DNA of 64,000 bases. It comes from an uncultured bacterium. Lineage in GTDB: Bacteria > Verrucomicrobiota > Verrucomicrobiia > Limisphaerales > UBA8199. Location of the stretch: positions 1 through 64,000 of the forward strand of contig CAVVMW010000014.1 of the NCBI GenBank assembly GCA_963749495.1. The letters are read 5' to 3'. The notes beneath the pieces were generated by a model. The model saw only the letters and a program-made list of their open reading frames with translations. It searched no databases and was not told the origin of the DNA. A program made the position numbers and the translations under genes. Of the stretch, positions 1 through 9,852 are shown piece by piece. The first letter of the stretch is position 1; the number at the start of each line of letters is the position of its first letter.

Positions 1-1006
1 CAACTGCGGCAAGACTAACTTCGCGATGATGATTCCACCCCCCTACTTCAAGGATTGGAAGATCCGGACGATCGGGGATGACATCGCCTGGATGAGGCCC
101 GGGACCGATGGCCGCCTCTATGCCATCAACCCGGAGGCGGGCTACTTCGGGGTGGTGCCCGGCACCAACTCCAAATCCAACCCCAACGGGTTGGAGATGA
201 TCTCCCGCGACACCATTTACACCAATGTCGCCCTGACCCGGGACCTCGACGTCTGGTGGGAGGGCAAAGATGGTCCCCCGCCCAGCGAGTGCCAGGACTG
301 GAAGGGCAACCGATGGACGCCCGAGTCCACGGAACCGGCGGCGCATCCCAACAGCCGGTTCTGCGTTCCGATGGCCAATAACCCGGTGCTCGCCCCCGAG
401 GCCAATGACCCGCAAGGCGTGCCGATCAGCGCCATCATCTTCGGCGGCCGGCGCTCGACCACGGTGCCCCTGGTGTTCCAGGCCTTCAACTGGGTCCACG
501 GCGTCTATGTGGGCGCCACGATGGGCTCGGAAATGACCGCCGCCGCCGCCGGCGGGGCCGGCCAGGTCCGGCGCGACCCCATGGCGATGCTGCCCTTCTG
601 CGGCTATCACATGGGCGATTATTTCCGGCACTGGATCAACATGCACCGGTCCATCAGGCACCCCCCGCGCATCTTCCATGCCAACTGGTTCCGAAAAAAC
701 GGGCGTGGGGACTACCTCTGGCCCGGTTTCGGCGAGAACATGCGCGTGCTCAAGTGGATTGTCGACCGCTGCCACGGGCGCATCGATGCCGAGGAAACCC
801 CGCTGGGCTGGGTGCCCAACCTCAAGAGCTTCGACCTGGCTGGCATCCCCGACTTCACGCTCCAAACGCTCGAATGCGCCCAGGCCGTCAATAACGAAGA
901 GTGGCGCCGCGAGGTTATCATGCAGGAAGAACTCTTCATGAAACTCTATTCGCACCTGCCCAAGGAACTGATCTTCCAGAGGGAGTTACTGGTTGCCCGG
1001 CTCTGA
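1..1006 (+). CDS. pckG: GTP-dependent phosphoenolpyruvate carboxykinase, 5'-truncated by window edge
   Basis: Frame is open from base 2 (NCGKTNFAMM, kinase-1 CGKTN motif). Also IGDDIAW, AINPEAGYFGV, HPNSRF, RRDPMAMLPFCGY and WPGFGEN motifs. Confidence 0.96.
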   Translation, partial: NCGKTNFAMMIPPPYFKDWKIRTIGDDIAWMRPGTDGRLYAINPEAGYFGVVPGTNSKSNPNGLEMISRDTIYTNVALTRDLDVWWEGKDGPPPSECQDWKGNRWTPESTEPAAHPNSRFCVPMANNPVLAPEANDPQGVPISAIIFGGRRSTTVPLVFQAFNWVHGVYVGATMGSEMTAAAAGGAGQVRRDPMAMLPFCGYHMGDYFRHWINMHRSIRHPPRIFHANWFRKNGRGDYLWPGFGENMRVLKWIVDRCHGRIDAEETPLGWVPNLKSFDLAGIPDFTLQTLECAQAVNNEEWRREVIMQEELFMKLYSHLPKELIFQRELLVARL

Positions 1007-1017
1007 GCGTCGAACGA

Positions 1018-1089
1018 GAATGACGAATGACGAATGACGAATGGACGAACTGGCGGCTCCTCATTCGTCATTCGTCATTCGTCATTCGA
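1018..1089. repeat. Inverted heptamer array (GAATGAC)n ... (CATTCGT)n forming a hairpin
   Basis: Seen directly: 3-4 units in each orientation, just after the pckG stop. Confidence 0.9.
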
Positions 1090-1135
1090 TTCCTCCCTTG
1101 CCGCCCACAGGCGCATGAGCTAGTTTTCGCCAGCT

Positions 1136-2284
1136 ATGGAAGAGAATTCTGCCTCACCGCCATCGTGGTCGCCGGGCTATCCGCCGCCGCCGGTCATCTC
1201 CCCGCCGCCCCCGCCGCGGCCCACTGCAGCGCCGCCGCCGGCGCCCCGGCGCGGGCACGGTTGGATGATCGCCGCGCTGGCGTTGCTGGTCCTGTTGGTC
1301 TTGAGCGTGCTCTGGAATCTCATGAGCCTCATCGGCAACCTCCCCTTTGATGGCGCCCATTCCGGGCGCACGTACGGACCGAGACTCGACGAGGCGATCC
1401 TGACGCGGGACGCCCGCACCAGCGACAAGATCGCCGTGGTGCCCGTCACCGGGATCATCGGCAGCCAATTCAGCGACGAAGGCGGCATGGTTTCGCCGCA
1501 AGTGGTCAAAGCGGAGTTGAAGCGGGCGCTGGAGGACGATGACGTCAAGGCAGTCATCCTGAAGGTCAATTCGCCGGGCGGGGAGGTGCTCGCCTCGGAC
1601 GAGATTTACCGGGCGATCTCCGAGTTTCAAAGGAAGCGAAACAGCAAGCCGGTGATAGCCTCGATGTCCGACGTGGCGGCCTCGGGCGGCTACTACGTCT
1701 CGGCGCCGTGCCGCTGGATCGTGGCCAATGAACTGACCATTACCGGGAGCATCGGCGTCATCCTGCACACCTGGAACTACCGGGCGCTGATGGACAAGAT
1801 CGGGCTGCAGCCGATGGTTTACAAGAGCGGGCGCTACAAGGACATGCTCAGCGGCGAGCGCGAGCCGGACCAAATCACACCCGAGGAACGGAAGATGGTC
1901 CAGTCGCTCATCGATGAGACCTTCGGACGATTCAAGACCGTGGTCGGCGAGGGGCGCAAATTCGCCCGCGACCACGGGGGCCGCCCCCTGAGCGAGGACT
2001 GGACCCGCTACGCCGATGGCCGGGTGCTCTCCGGCACCGAGGCCTACAACCTGGGTTTCGTCAACCAGTTGGGCACGTTCGAGGACGCCGTCGAACGGGC
2101 CAAGCGAATCGCCGGGATTCCCTTCGCCAGCGTGGTCCAGTACCAACAGCGATATGATTTGTCCGACATCTTCCGCCTGTTCGGCAAGGCCAACTCGAAG
2201 GTGGTGAAGGTGGACCTGGGCCTGCAGGCCCCCAAGCTGCGCGCCGGCCAGCTCTACTACCTGGCCCCGACCTTCCTCAATTAA
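1136..2284 (+). CDS. sppA: Signal peptide peptidase SppA (S49)
   Basis: Pro-rich N-terminus plus one TM helix; VNSPGG, AASGGYYV, TGSIGV and KSGRYKD motifs. Confidence 0.93.
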   Translation: MEENSASPPSWSPGYPPPPVISPPPPPRPTAAPPPAPRRGHGWMIAALALLVLLVLSVLWNLMSLIGNLPFDGAHSGRTYGPRLDEAILTRDARTSDKIAVVPVTGIIGSQFSDEGGMVSPQVVKAELKRALEDDDVKAVILKVNSPGGEVLASDEIYRAISEFQRKRNSKPVIASMSDVAASGGYYVSAPCRWIVANELTITGSIGVILHTWNYRALMDKIGLQPMVYKSGRYKDMLSGEREPDQITPEERKMVQSLIDETFGRFKTVVGEGRKFARDHGGRPLSEDWTRYADGRVLSGTEAYNLGFVNQLGTFEDAVERAKRIAGIPFASVVQYQQRYDLSDIFRLFGKANSKVVKVDLGLQAPKLRAGQLYYLAPTFLN

Positions 2285-2473
2285 GGGGCTTTGAACATTT
2301 GCGCGGAAATTGTCGTCCAAATAGCAAGATTGGTACAGCCTGCGAACGGGCAGACATGGGCAAAAGAACCCATTTCCTCCAGCGCTGTCCTCTGATAAGG
2401 CTGGAGATTATCAAGCGCACCGACACTGCGATTTGACCTGCTAAAATTCGTTGCCAGCGCGCGCCCAGAAGGT

Positions 2474-3629
2474 ATGTTGTTGACCCGGCATATGGCAGTT
2501 GGAACCAAGCGCCAGAATGTAAGCCGGCCCAAGGGCCGGCAGCGGCCGCCGCGCCGGCATCCGGCTCGCGTGAGCGCGAAGGCGAAGCCGGCGGCCAGGC
2601 CGGTGCCTGCCCCGCAGGAGGAGTTTCCCAAGGAGGAGGAGTTGGCGCGGGACGAAGAACTGTCCAAAGACGAAGAGGAAGAGCCCAAGGAGGAGGAGTT
2701 GGCCAAGGAAGAGGCGGCGCTGAAGGCCGCCGAGGCCGAGGAGCAGCTTGGCTCCGAGGCGGAGGAGGAAGGGGCGCCGTTGCGCAGCCGGGAGCGGTCG
2801 GGTTATGACGGGGACACGGCCATCAAACTTTACCTGCGGGAGATCGGGCAGGTGAAGCTGCTGACGCCGCAGGAGGAGATCGAGTTGGCAGCGCGGATCA
2901 AGAGGGGGGACAAGCGGGCGCGGGAGCAGATGATCAAGGCCAATCTGCGGCTGGTGGTGAAGATCGCGCGGGATTACGAGGGGATCGGGCTGCCGTTGCT
3001 GGACCTGATCAGCGAGGGCAATATCGGCCTCATGAAGGCGGTCGAGCGGTTCGACCCCGCCAAGGGCGGCAAGCTCTCGACCTACGGCTCGTGGTGGATC
3101 AAGCAATCGATCAAGCGGGCCCTGGCCAACCAGTCCAAGACCATTCGCCTGCCGGTCCACCTGGTGGACAAGATTTCCAAGATGCGGCGCACAGCGATGC
3201 GGCTGCAAGAGGAGTTGGGTCGCGAACCGACCGATGAGGAGCTGGGCGAGGAGTTGGGCATCAGCGCCTCCAGAGTTGCTCAGATGCGCATGGCCGCCAT
3301 CCGGCCCGCCTCGCTGGACGCCCCCATCGGCAACGAGGACTCGAACAATTTCGCCGAGGTGGTCCAGGACGAGAGCGCGGACACCCCGTATGAGCAGGCT
3401 CGAGGAAAAGACCGTCACCCGCATGTTGCAGGAGATGGTCAAGACCCTCGACCCTCGCGAGGCCACCATCCTGCGCGCCCGATTCGGCCTGGACGGCGGG
3501 CCCCAAAAGACCCTCGAAGAGGTCGGCCAGAAATTCGGCGTCACCCGCGAGCGCGTGCGCCAGATCCAGAATATCGCCTTGAAAAAACTCAGGAAGATGA
3601 TTGAGAAGATGGAGACGACCAAGGCCTGA
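2474..3629 (+). CDS. RpoD/SigA-family sigma-70 factor, split by a +1 frameshift near 3397 (probable sequencing indel)
   Basis: Region 1.2 LYLREIG, region 2 [10 protein letters not shown] / [19 protein letters not shown] and region 3 are in ORF 2474. Region 4 ([20 protein letters not shown]) is in the ORF ending 3629. Removing one G from GAGCAGGCTC restores YEQLEEK. Confidence 0.92.
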
Positions 3630-3647
3630 GCGAAGACCACCACGACC

Positions 3648-4184
3648 ATGACACCCTCTTGCCCCACCGTATCGGAGATCCAACGGGCCATCCGGAACGT
3701 GCCGGATTTCCCCAAACCCGGCATTCAGTTCAAGGACATCACGCCCGTGCTGGCGGACGCGCGGCTCTTTTCGGGCAGCATCAACCTGCTGACCGAGGGG
3801 TTCGAGCCGGGGATGGTGGACGCGGTTGTGGGCATCGACGCGCGCGGATTCATCTTTGCCGCTGCGGCGGCCCTCAAACTCGGGGCGGGCTTCGTGCCGA
3901 TTCGCAAGAAGGGCAAGCTCCCCTTTGCGACGCTCGAACAGGAATACTCCCTGGAGTACGGCACCGCCACCGTGGCGGTGCACGTGGACGCGCTCAAGCC
4001 CGGCAGCCGGGTGCTGGTCGTCGATGACCTGCTCGCCACCGGCGGGACGGCCGCCGCCGCCGCCGCCCTGGTCCAACGCCTGGACGCACGCATCCTGGGG
4101 ATCTCCTTCCTCATTGAACTCGGCTTCCTCAACGGCCGACTCAGGCTCCAGCAATACCCCGTGCGCTCGATCATCGTCTATTAA
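3648..4184 (+). CDS. apt: Adenine phosphoribosyltransferase
   Basis: PDFPKPGIQFKDIT, RKKGKLP, YSLEYG and PRPP motif VDDLLATGGT. Confidence 0.97.
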   Translation: MTPSCPTVSEIQRAIRNVPDFPKPGIQFKDITPVLADARLFSGSINLLTEGFEPGMVDAVVGIDARGFIFAAAAALKLGAGFVPIRKKGKLPFATLEQEYSLEYGTATVAVHVDALKPGSRVLVVDDLLATGGTAAAAAALVQRLDARILGISFLIELGFLNGRLRLQQYPVRSIIVY

Positions 4185-4378
4185 GCCGCCTCGCCCGAAA
4201 TCCGAAATCCGAAATCCGAAACAAATTCAAAACGGGAGTATGTAGATAACGCAATCCCACATTTTCCCGTTTTTGGGATTTAAGACTTCCTTATCGGGTT
4301 AAGACTGAATTTCGCGTATTTACATTGCATCCAACTCGGATTATGCTAAAACGTTTACAAAAAATTGTTCGAGCGTTT

Positions 4379-4594
4379 ATGGAAATAAAAGCGGAAAAAC
4401 CTCAAGAGGTCAAATGGCCCGCTCATTTTGAGTTTATTTCCAGCGGCACTACGGCGTTGGCCTGTGCTTCTGGCGGTGCGCTGTTGGGAACGTCCTTCGC
4501 AGGCCCGGTTGGCGGAATAGTCGGCGCTGTCGCGTCTGGCGTAATCGGTTTCTGGTGTAGCGGCTCACATTCCCCACAGCCCCATGACAAATGA
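4379..4594 (+). CDS. Small glycine-zipper membrane protein (cassette passenger)
   Basis: GGALLGTSFAGPVGGIVGAVASGVIG (GxxxG repeats). Start uncertain (4325/4343/4379). Confidence 0.55.
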   Translation: MEIKAEKPQEVKWPAHFEFISSGTTALACASGGALLGTSFAGPVGGIVGAVASGVIGFWCSGSHSPQPHDK

Positions 4595-4871
4595 GGCGGT
4601 ATTCCTCTGCGCTGTTGGGCTAAGCGTTGTCACCGTCATCGCATACATAATTTGCAAGTGGAGTAAATCGGAACTGAAGGACGGCATTGTTATTTTCTTC
4701 AGTTGTTCAGGTGTTCTTATTGGTATTCAAATCTGCTGTTTAACGCTGAACAGCAAAATTGATTTGGGGCCGCTCAAAGACTACAAACTTTATCTGGTCA
4801 TTGGCGGGTTCTCAACAATCTGGGTTTGCGTCACAAGGATAATTGAGTGTTTCCAGAAGCCTAAGAGCTAA
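4584..4871 (+). CDS. Small 3-TM hypothetical membrane protein (cassette passenger)
   Basis: 95 aa with three hydrophobic segments; overlaps the upstream ORF. Confidence 0.6.
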   Translation: MTNEAVFLCAVGLSVVTVIAYIICKWSKSELKDGIVIFFSCSGVLIGIQICCLTLNSKIDLGPLKDYKLYLVIGGFSTIWVCVTRIIECFQKPKS

Positions 4872-4879
4872 AGCAGAAA

Positions 4880-5026
4880 ATGAAGCCCTCTCCTGCCAAG
4901 GAAAAACCGGCCAAACGAGGCCTGAAGGCTGAGCGGCTGAAATTGGGCGTGATCTGGCGCGAGGCAATCAGGCCGTCTTTTCTCGTGAAGCAACCGGCAA
5001 AGGGCTGGCCGAAAGTCGAGGCTTAA
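4880..5026 (+). CDS. 48-aa basic hypothetical protein (cassette passenger)
   Basis: Translated by hand: MKPSPAKEKPAKRGLKAERLKLGVIWREAIRPSFLVKQPAKGWPKVEA. Tightly packed between neighbours. Confidence 0.4.
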   Translation: MKPSPAKEKPAKRGLKAERLKLGVIWREAIRPSFLVKQPAKGWPKVEA

Positions 5027-5030
5027 AACC

Positions 5031-5195
5031 ATGACCAAAAATCCAAACTATCCGAACAACGTTCAATGTGAATGTGGAGCACCAGCTACCATAGATACTG
5101 CATTTGTGCCGCCTAAAGTTGAAAACCGTGAATTGGTGGTTCACTACGTCTGCGCCAAGGGGTGCAAATCTGTTCGCAAGTATGCCGTGAAATAA
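5031..5195 (+). CDS. 54-aa putative zinc-ribbon protein (cassette passenger)
   Basis: Translated by hand; contains CECG ... CAKGC. Confidence 0.45.
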   Translation: MTKNPNYPNNVQCECGAPATIDTAFVPPKVENRELVVHYVCAKGCKSVRKYAVK

Positions 5196-5576
5196 GTGCG
5201 ATTTTCCGCTGATTTTAGCTATCAGCAGGTTTAATGCTGTTTCCTGGATTTGCGCTATCTACATACTCCCGATTCAAAATTCAAACGGGAAATGTTCAAA
5301 ACCCGGTTGCCATAGGCGTTTCGAGCGTGGAAGGGTAATGCCCTAACAGCAGCCGGACGGGCCTGTTTCGGGTAATTCGGCGCTGGGCCTAAAACGGACC
5401 AGGCAACCGAGTTTTGAACATCTAAACTTCGAATTTCGAATTTGTTTCAGATTTCGTGCTTCGGATTTCGGATTTCGTGCTTCGGATTTTGTGCCTCGGA
5501 TTTGCAGCTTTGCCGGGCGCTCGTCCGGACCGCTCGCTTGACAACCTCATAACCTGAGGCCCATTCTGGCCGGGCT

Positions 5577-6680
5577 TTGAATATGTCCTTGCCCTTCAAC
5601 CCAGTATTGAACGGCCTCCCGGTCTATCAACCCGGGCGTCCCATCGAGGAAGTTGCGCGCGAACTGGGCCTGCCGGCCGCCGACATCATCAAGCTCGCGT
5701 CGAACGAGAATCCGCTCGGCCCGTCGCGCCTGGCCGTGGCGGCAATGCGGCGGGCGCTGGCGCAGGCCAATTTGTACCCGGACGGCAACGCCTTTTATCT
5801 CAAGCAGAGACTGGCGGCTAAACTCGATGTCACGCCGTCCAATCTCGTCCTCGGCAACGGCTCCAACGAACTGCTCGAGTTCATCGGCCACGCGCTGTTG
5901 GGGCCGGGAGCGGAGGCCGTGGCGTCTGAGTATTGCTTCGCGGTCTATCCCATCGTGACCGCCCTGTTTGGCGCGAGGCTGGTGGTCACGCCGGCGCGCG
6001 ACTACGGCCATGACCTGGAGGCGATGCTGGCGGCGCTGACCCCCCGCACGCGCGTGGTGTTCGTGGCCAACCCGAACAACCCGACCGGGACCATTGCGCC
6101 GCGTGAGGAGCTGGCCCGGTTTGTCAGCGCCGTCCCGGAGGAGATCGCCCTGGTCCTGGACGAGGCCTACATCGAGTTCCTGGACCAACCGCCGGACCTG
6201 CTCCCGGAGGTCCGCAGCGGCCGCAGGCCGAACCTGGTCCTGCTGCGCACCTTCTCCAAGATCTACGGCCTGGCCGGCCTGCGGCTTGGCTATGGCATTG
6301 GACACCCGGATTTCATGGCCCAACTGGAGAAGATCCGGCAGCCCTTCAATCTCAATGCCATCGCCCAGGCCGGCGCCCTGGCGGCCCTGGACGACACCGC
6401 CCATGCCGAGCGGACTCGCCGGACTAACGCGCGCGGGCTCAGGTTCTTCGCCCGCGCCTTCCGCAGACTCGGCCTGGAGTATGTCCCTTCCTCGGCCAAT
6501 TTCATCCTGGTCCGGGTGGGGCAAGGCGAGCGGGTGTTCGAGGCGATGCAGAAGCTGGGCGTCATTGTCCGGCCCATGGGCGGCTACCAACTGCCGGGGT
6601 GGGTGCGCATCTCAATCGGCACGCCCAAGCAGAACCAGCGGTGCCTGGAGGGGCTGGAAAAGGTGCTGGACGCCCACTGA
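5577..6680 (+). CDS. hisC: Histidinol-phosphate aminotransferase
   Basis: YQPGRP, KLASNENPLG, NPNNPTG, DEAY and PLP-lysine motif RTFSKIYGLAGLRLGY. Confidence 0.96.
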   Translation: MNMSLPFNPVLNGLPVYQPGRPIEEVARELGLPAADIIKLASNENPLGPSRLAVAAMRRALAQANLYPDGNAFYLKQRLAAKLDVTPSNLVLGNGSNELLEFIGHALLGPGAEAVASEYCFAVYPIVTALFGARLVVTPARDYGHDLEAMLAALTPRTRVVFVANPNNPTGTIAPREELARFVSAVPEEIALVLDEAYIEFLDQPPDLLPEVRSGRRPNLVLLRTFSKIYGLAGLRLGYGIGHPDFMAQLEKIRQPFNLNAIAQAGALAALDDTAHAERTRRTNARGLRFFARAFRRLGLEYVPSSANFILVRVGQGERVFEAMQKLGVIVRPMGGYQLPGWVRISIGTPKQNQRCLEGLEKVLDAH

Positions 6681-6738
6681 CCTTCGGGTCAGACCGGTCG
6701 GACCGGTCCGACGCGTCGGCCTTGCGCGCCCCAACGCC

Positions 6739-7605
6739 CTAATGTGGCCGTGTGGTGTACTTGGGCCACTCGTCGTACTTGTAGAGCGGCTCGATGTAGC
6801 CGAAGTCCCGGTCCTTGCCGTTGTTGGCCAACGGCCAGTAGAAAGCGGTGTCAAGCCCGGCGCCGGCGTCGGCCCCGGCCTGAATGGTTGACAACTCCCT
6901 CCATTGGTGGTTCTCGACGTGGCCGTCGGCGAAGGCGAGGGTGGTGGCGGGGCCGTGGCTGACCGCCAGGGAATCGACCCAGCCCGCGGTGGCGCCGCCC
7001 GCTTGGACATTGATGACCCACGTGCCTTCGTTATAGTTGCGGGAATCGTTCTCCTCCACAAATACCAAGCTCTTGGCGGTCTCGGGAACGTTCGTCATTT
7101 TCTTGAGCGGGTGGATCGCGGGCAGTTGCCACATGCCGCCCGCCATCCCGTCCACCTTCGAGTAGCTGTCTTAAGCCCATTTGCTTCCTACCGTGCGGCG
7201 GAACCGCAGGTCGCCGGGGCAATGATAAACGCCCGGGGCGGGGGCGTATTTCCAAAGCTGGCCTTGCTTCAGACCGATGATGACGTTGTTGATGGCCTGT
7301 TCCCTAGTCATGCCCGCGCTGATGTTGGGCACAACCCAGTAGCCGCCGGCGAACATGTCCTGGGGCGCCCCCAGCGCCGTCGTCGTCGGCTGCATCAGCG
7401 AGTTGTTGTCGTCCGCATAGAGCAGGAAGGCCGTGAGGAGCTGCTTCTCATTGCCTCTGCAGTATGCCCCGGTGACCCTTGTCTTGGCCTTCCCAAGGGC
7501 CGGAAGCAGCATGGCCGCCAGGATGGCGATGATGGCGATGACGACCAGGAGTTCGATCAGAGTAAAGGCCTTTCGGGAACAGGTGCCCCGTTCGATTGTC
7601 TTCAT
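6739..7605 (-). pseudogene. Prepilin-type N-terminal cleavage/methylation protein with H-X9-DG domain, interrupted by in-frame TAA at 7171-7173
   Basis: [27 protein letters not shown], then WA*DSYSK in the same frame, FVEE and HGPATTLAFADGH. Confidence 0.8.
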
Positions 7606-7892
7606 AAGTGGGATTCGGCGGACGTATCGGTTCGGCATCCCAAGCCCCGGGTGAGCGCGCCCTGCGGCATCGGAGCGCGCACATTACTGTCCGCGCTCCG
7701 AAAAGATGTGAGCTGCGCGCCCATCAGGCCGTCTGCTTAGCTTCGCGTAGAATGGACCAAGCCCCGCCTTCACTCAAGGTGAATTTTCAGCGCCCTTGCG
7801 TCCCTTTTGTGCCTGCATTTCATCCGCCGCGATTCTGTCCGCCCCGCTATTGACTAGAGCGCACAAGCGGACAAGAATGCCCGCGCTCCATT

Positions 7893-8231
7893 ATGAAACG
7901 CTATGGAATGGTCATCGGCCTGCGGCCGGAAAAAATCGCGGAATACAAGCAATTACACGCCGCCGTCTGGCCCGACGTGCTCAAGCAGATCAAGGAGTCC
8001 CAAATCCGGAACTACTCGATCTTTCTTCGCCGGCTCAAGGACGGCCGGCATTACCTGTTTGCCTACTTCGAGTATGCCGGCAGCGACTTTGCAGCCGACA
8101 TGGCGAAGATGGCGGCAGACCCGGCCACACAGCGGTGGTGGACGCTCTGCGAGCCGTGCCAAAAGCCCCTCGCCGAGCGCGCCCCGGGGCAGTGGTGGGC
8201 GGAGATGGAAGAGGTGTTCCACCTGGATTAA
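7893..8231 (+). CDS. rhaM: L-rhamnose mutarotase
   Basis: EYKQLHAAVWP, IRNYSIF, WW and MEEVFHLD motifs. Confidence 0.9.
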   Translation: MKRYGMVIGLRPEKIAEYKQLHAAVWPDVLKQIKESQIRNYSIFLRRLKDGRHYLFAYFEYAGSDFAADMAKMAADPATQRWWTLCEPCQKPLAERAPGQWWAEMEEVFHLD

Positions 8232-8243
8232 CGAACTACTAAA

Positions 8244-9542
8244 GTGAAACTGACCGACTTGCGGGGCATCCTGCGCTACATTCCCCAATTCCGGGAGAGG
8301 ATATTCATCATTAGCGTGGACGGGGCGATCGTGGCGAGCGAGAATTTCGCCAATCTGCTGGTGGATGTTGCGGTGCTGCGCTCGCTGAACATCCGCATCG
8401 TGCTGGCGCACGGGGCCTCCGAGCAGATCAAGCGGCTGGCGGCGGAGCAAGGGGTAGCGGCGTCCAACCTCGATGGGACCGGGATAACGGACGAGGCCAC
8501 CCTCCGGCTGGCGCTGACCGCCGCCAACGGGCTGACGCACGAAATCCTGGAGGGGCTGGCGGCCAACGACCTTCGCGCCGCCTGCACCAACGCGGTCCTG
8601 GCCTACCCGATGGGCATCCTCCACGGCGTGGACCATCTCTTCACCGGCAAGGTCGAGCGCGTGGACGTCGAGATGCTCCAAAAGCTCCTCGACAACGGCA
8701 TCATCCCGGTGCTCCCGCCGCTGGGTTTTGACGGCGACGGCAAGACCTATCGGGTGAACTCGGACGCCGTGGCCCTGGCCGCCGCCGTGGCCCTCAGGGC
8801 CGCAAAGCTCATGTTCATCACCACGCACGACGGCATCGTCGTGCGCGACCGCGTCATCCGCCAGATGCCGGTCAGCGACCTCGAATCGGTGCTCGCACTC
8901 CAAAAACACGACATCCACCCGCACCTGGTCTCCAAGGCCATCCACGCCGTCGCCGCCTGCAACGCCGGCGTGCCCCGCGTCCACGTCATCAACGGTTCCG
9001 TCGAGGAGGGCCTCCTGGCCGAGGTCTTTACCAACGAGGGCGTGGGCACCCTCGTCTATGGCAACGAGTTCCAGCAAATCCGCCGCGCCCTCAAAAAGGA
9101 CATCCGCAACATCCTCAGCCTGACCAAGGGATCGGTCGAGAGCGAGGAGTTGACCCGGCGCACCCGTTCGATGATCGAAAAACAATTGGGCGATTATTAC
9201 CTCTTCGAGATCGACAAGAACCCCGTGGCGTGCGTGGCGCTGCACTCCTACCCGGAGCATGGCAAAGGGGAGCTGGCCTGCCTCTATGTGAGCGCGCCCC
9301 ACGAAAACCAGGGCATCGGGCGCAAGCTGGTCCAGTTCGTCGAGAACCGGGCGTGCGAGATGGGGCTGGGCCAACTGATCACCCTTTCCACCCAGGCCTT
9401 CACCTACTTCCAATCCAAGGCCGGGTTCGTCGAGGGCTCGCCCGACGACCTGCCCCCCGCCCGGCGCGAGCGCTACGAGCAGAGCGGCCGCAACTCGAAG
9501 GTGCTGGTCAAAAAGCTTGGTGCGACCCCGCCCGGCAAGTGA
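8244..9542 (+). CDS. argA: Amino-acid N-acetyltransferase (N-acetylglutamate synthase)
   Basis: AAK domain plus C-terminal GNAT domain (ELACLYV, QGIGRKL, RNSKVLVK). Confidence 0.93.
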   Translation: MKLTDLRGILRYIPQFRERIFIISVDGAIVASENFANLLVDVAVLRSLNIRIVLAHGASEQIKRLAAEQGVAASNLDGTGITDEATLRLALTAANGLTHEILEGLAANDLRAACTNAVLAYPMGILHGVDHLFTGKVERVDVEMLQKLLDNGIIPVLPPLGFDGDGKTYRVNSDAVALAAAVALRAAKLMFITTHDGIVVRDRVIRQMPVSDLESVLALQKHDIHPHLVSKAIHAVAACNAGVPRVHVINGSVEEGLLAEVFTNEGVGTLVYGNEFQQIRRALKKDIRNILSLTKGSVESEELTRRTRSMIEKQLGDYYLFEIDKNPVACVALHSYPEHGKGELACLYVSAPHENQGIGRKLVQFVENRACEMGLGQLITLSTQAFTYFQSKAGFVEGSPDDLPPARRERYEQSGRNSKVLVKKLGATPPGK

Positions 9543-9574
9543 CCTTGGAGCGCCCCGACTCCGGATATTCCCAC

Positions 9575-9810
9575 TGCGTCGCTCCGCAACGCGGGCACCG
9601 CGTAGCGGTGCGTGATGGTAGCCGTGGACTTCCAGTCCACGGACCCACGGCCCAAGCTCACCCGCGTCGCGTAGCGACGCCTGAAAACACGATTAGATCT
9701 GCCAGCGCCAGACCGTCAGGCGTCGCTCCGCAACGCGCGCATATTCCCAGCCCCGAAACCGTGGACCGAGGTCCACGGCTACCTTCACTGCGTCGCTCCG
9801 CGACGCGCGC
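9575..9810. repeat. REP cluster, family A (CGTCGCGTAGCGACG and CCGTGGAC-n-GTCCACGG palindromes)
   Basis: Short palindromes between convergent genes. The same units occur at 19110, 19613, 29385, 38200, 44095 and 58975. Confidence 0.9.
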
Positions 9811-9852
9811 GGTGCTGCTCTCGCTTTCACTGAGACCTTTACCCAGCCCCTC

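Larger units (their letters stand above)
4233..5271. mobile_element. Non-autonomous insertion cassette, IS1595-family-like, with four small passenger ORFs
   Basis: TIR CGGGAGTATGTAGATA(A/G)CGCAA, 21/22 match, at 4233-4254 and 5250-5271. Exact 8-bp direct repeat ATTCAAAA at 4225-4232 and 5272-5279. Interior is visibly AT-richer and has no transposase. Confidence 0.85.
4195..5505. repeat. Inverted (TCCGAAA)n / (TTTCGGA)n heptamer arms at 4195-4222 and about 5428-5505, interrupted by the cassette below
   Basis: Seen directly. The same heptamer recurs at 52254-52286. Confidence 0.85.

Noticed and set aside
3391..3400. Programmed frameshift or phase variation in the sigma gene and other split genes
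   Set aside because: No slippery heptamer or long tract; many unrelated genes, including tsaD, are affected alike.
7171..7173. Stop-codon recoding (Sec/Pyl)
   Set aside because: The codon is TAA, not TGA or TAG, and TAA terminates other genes in this window.
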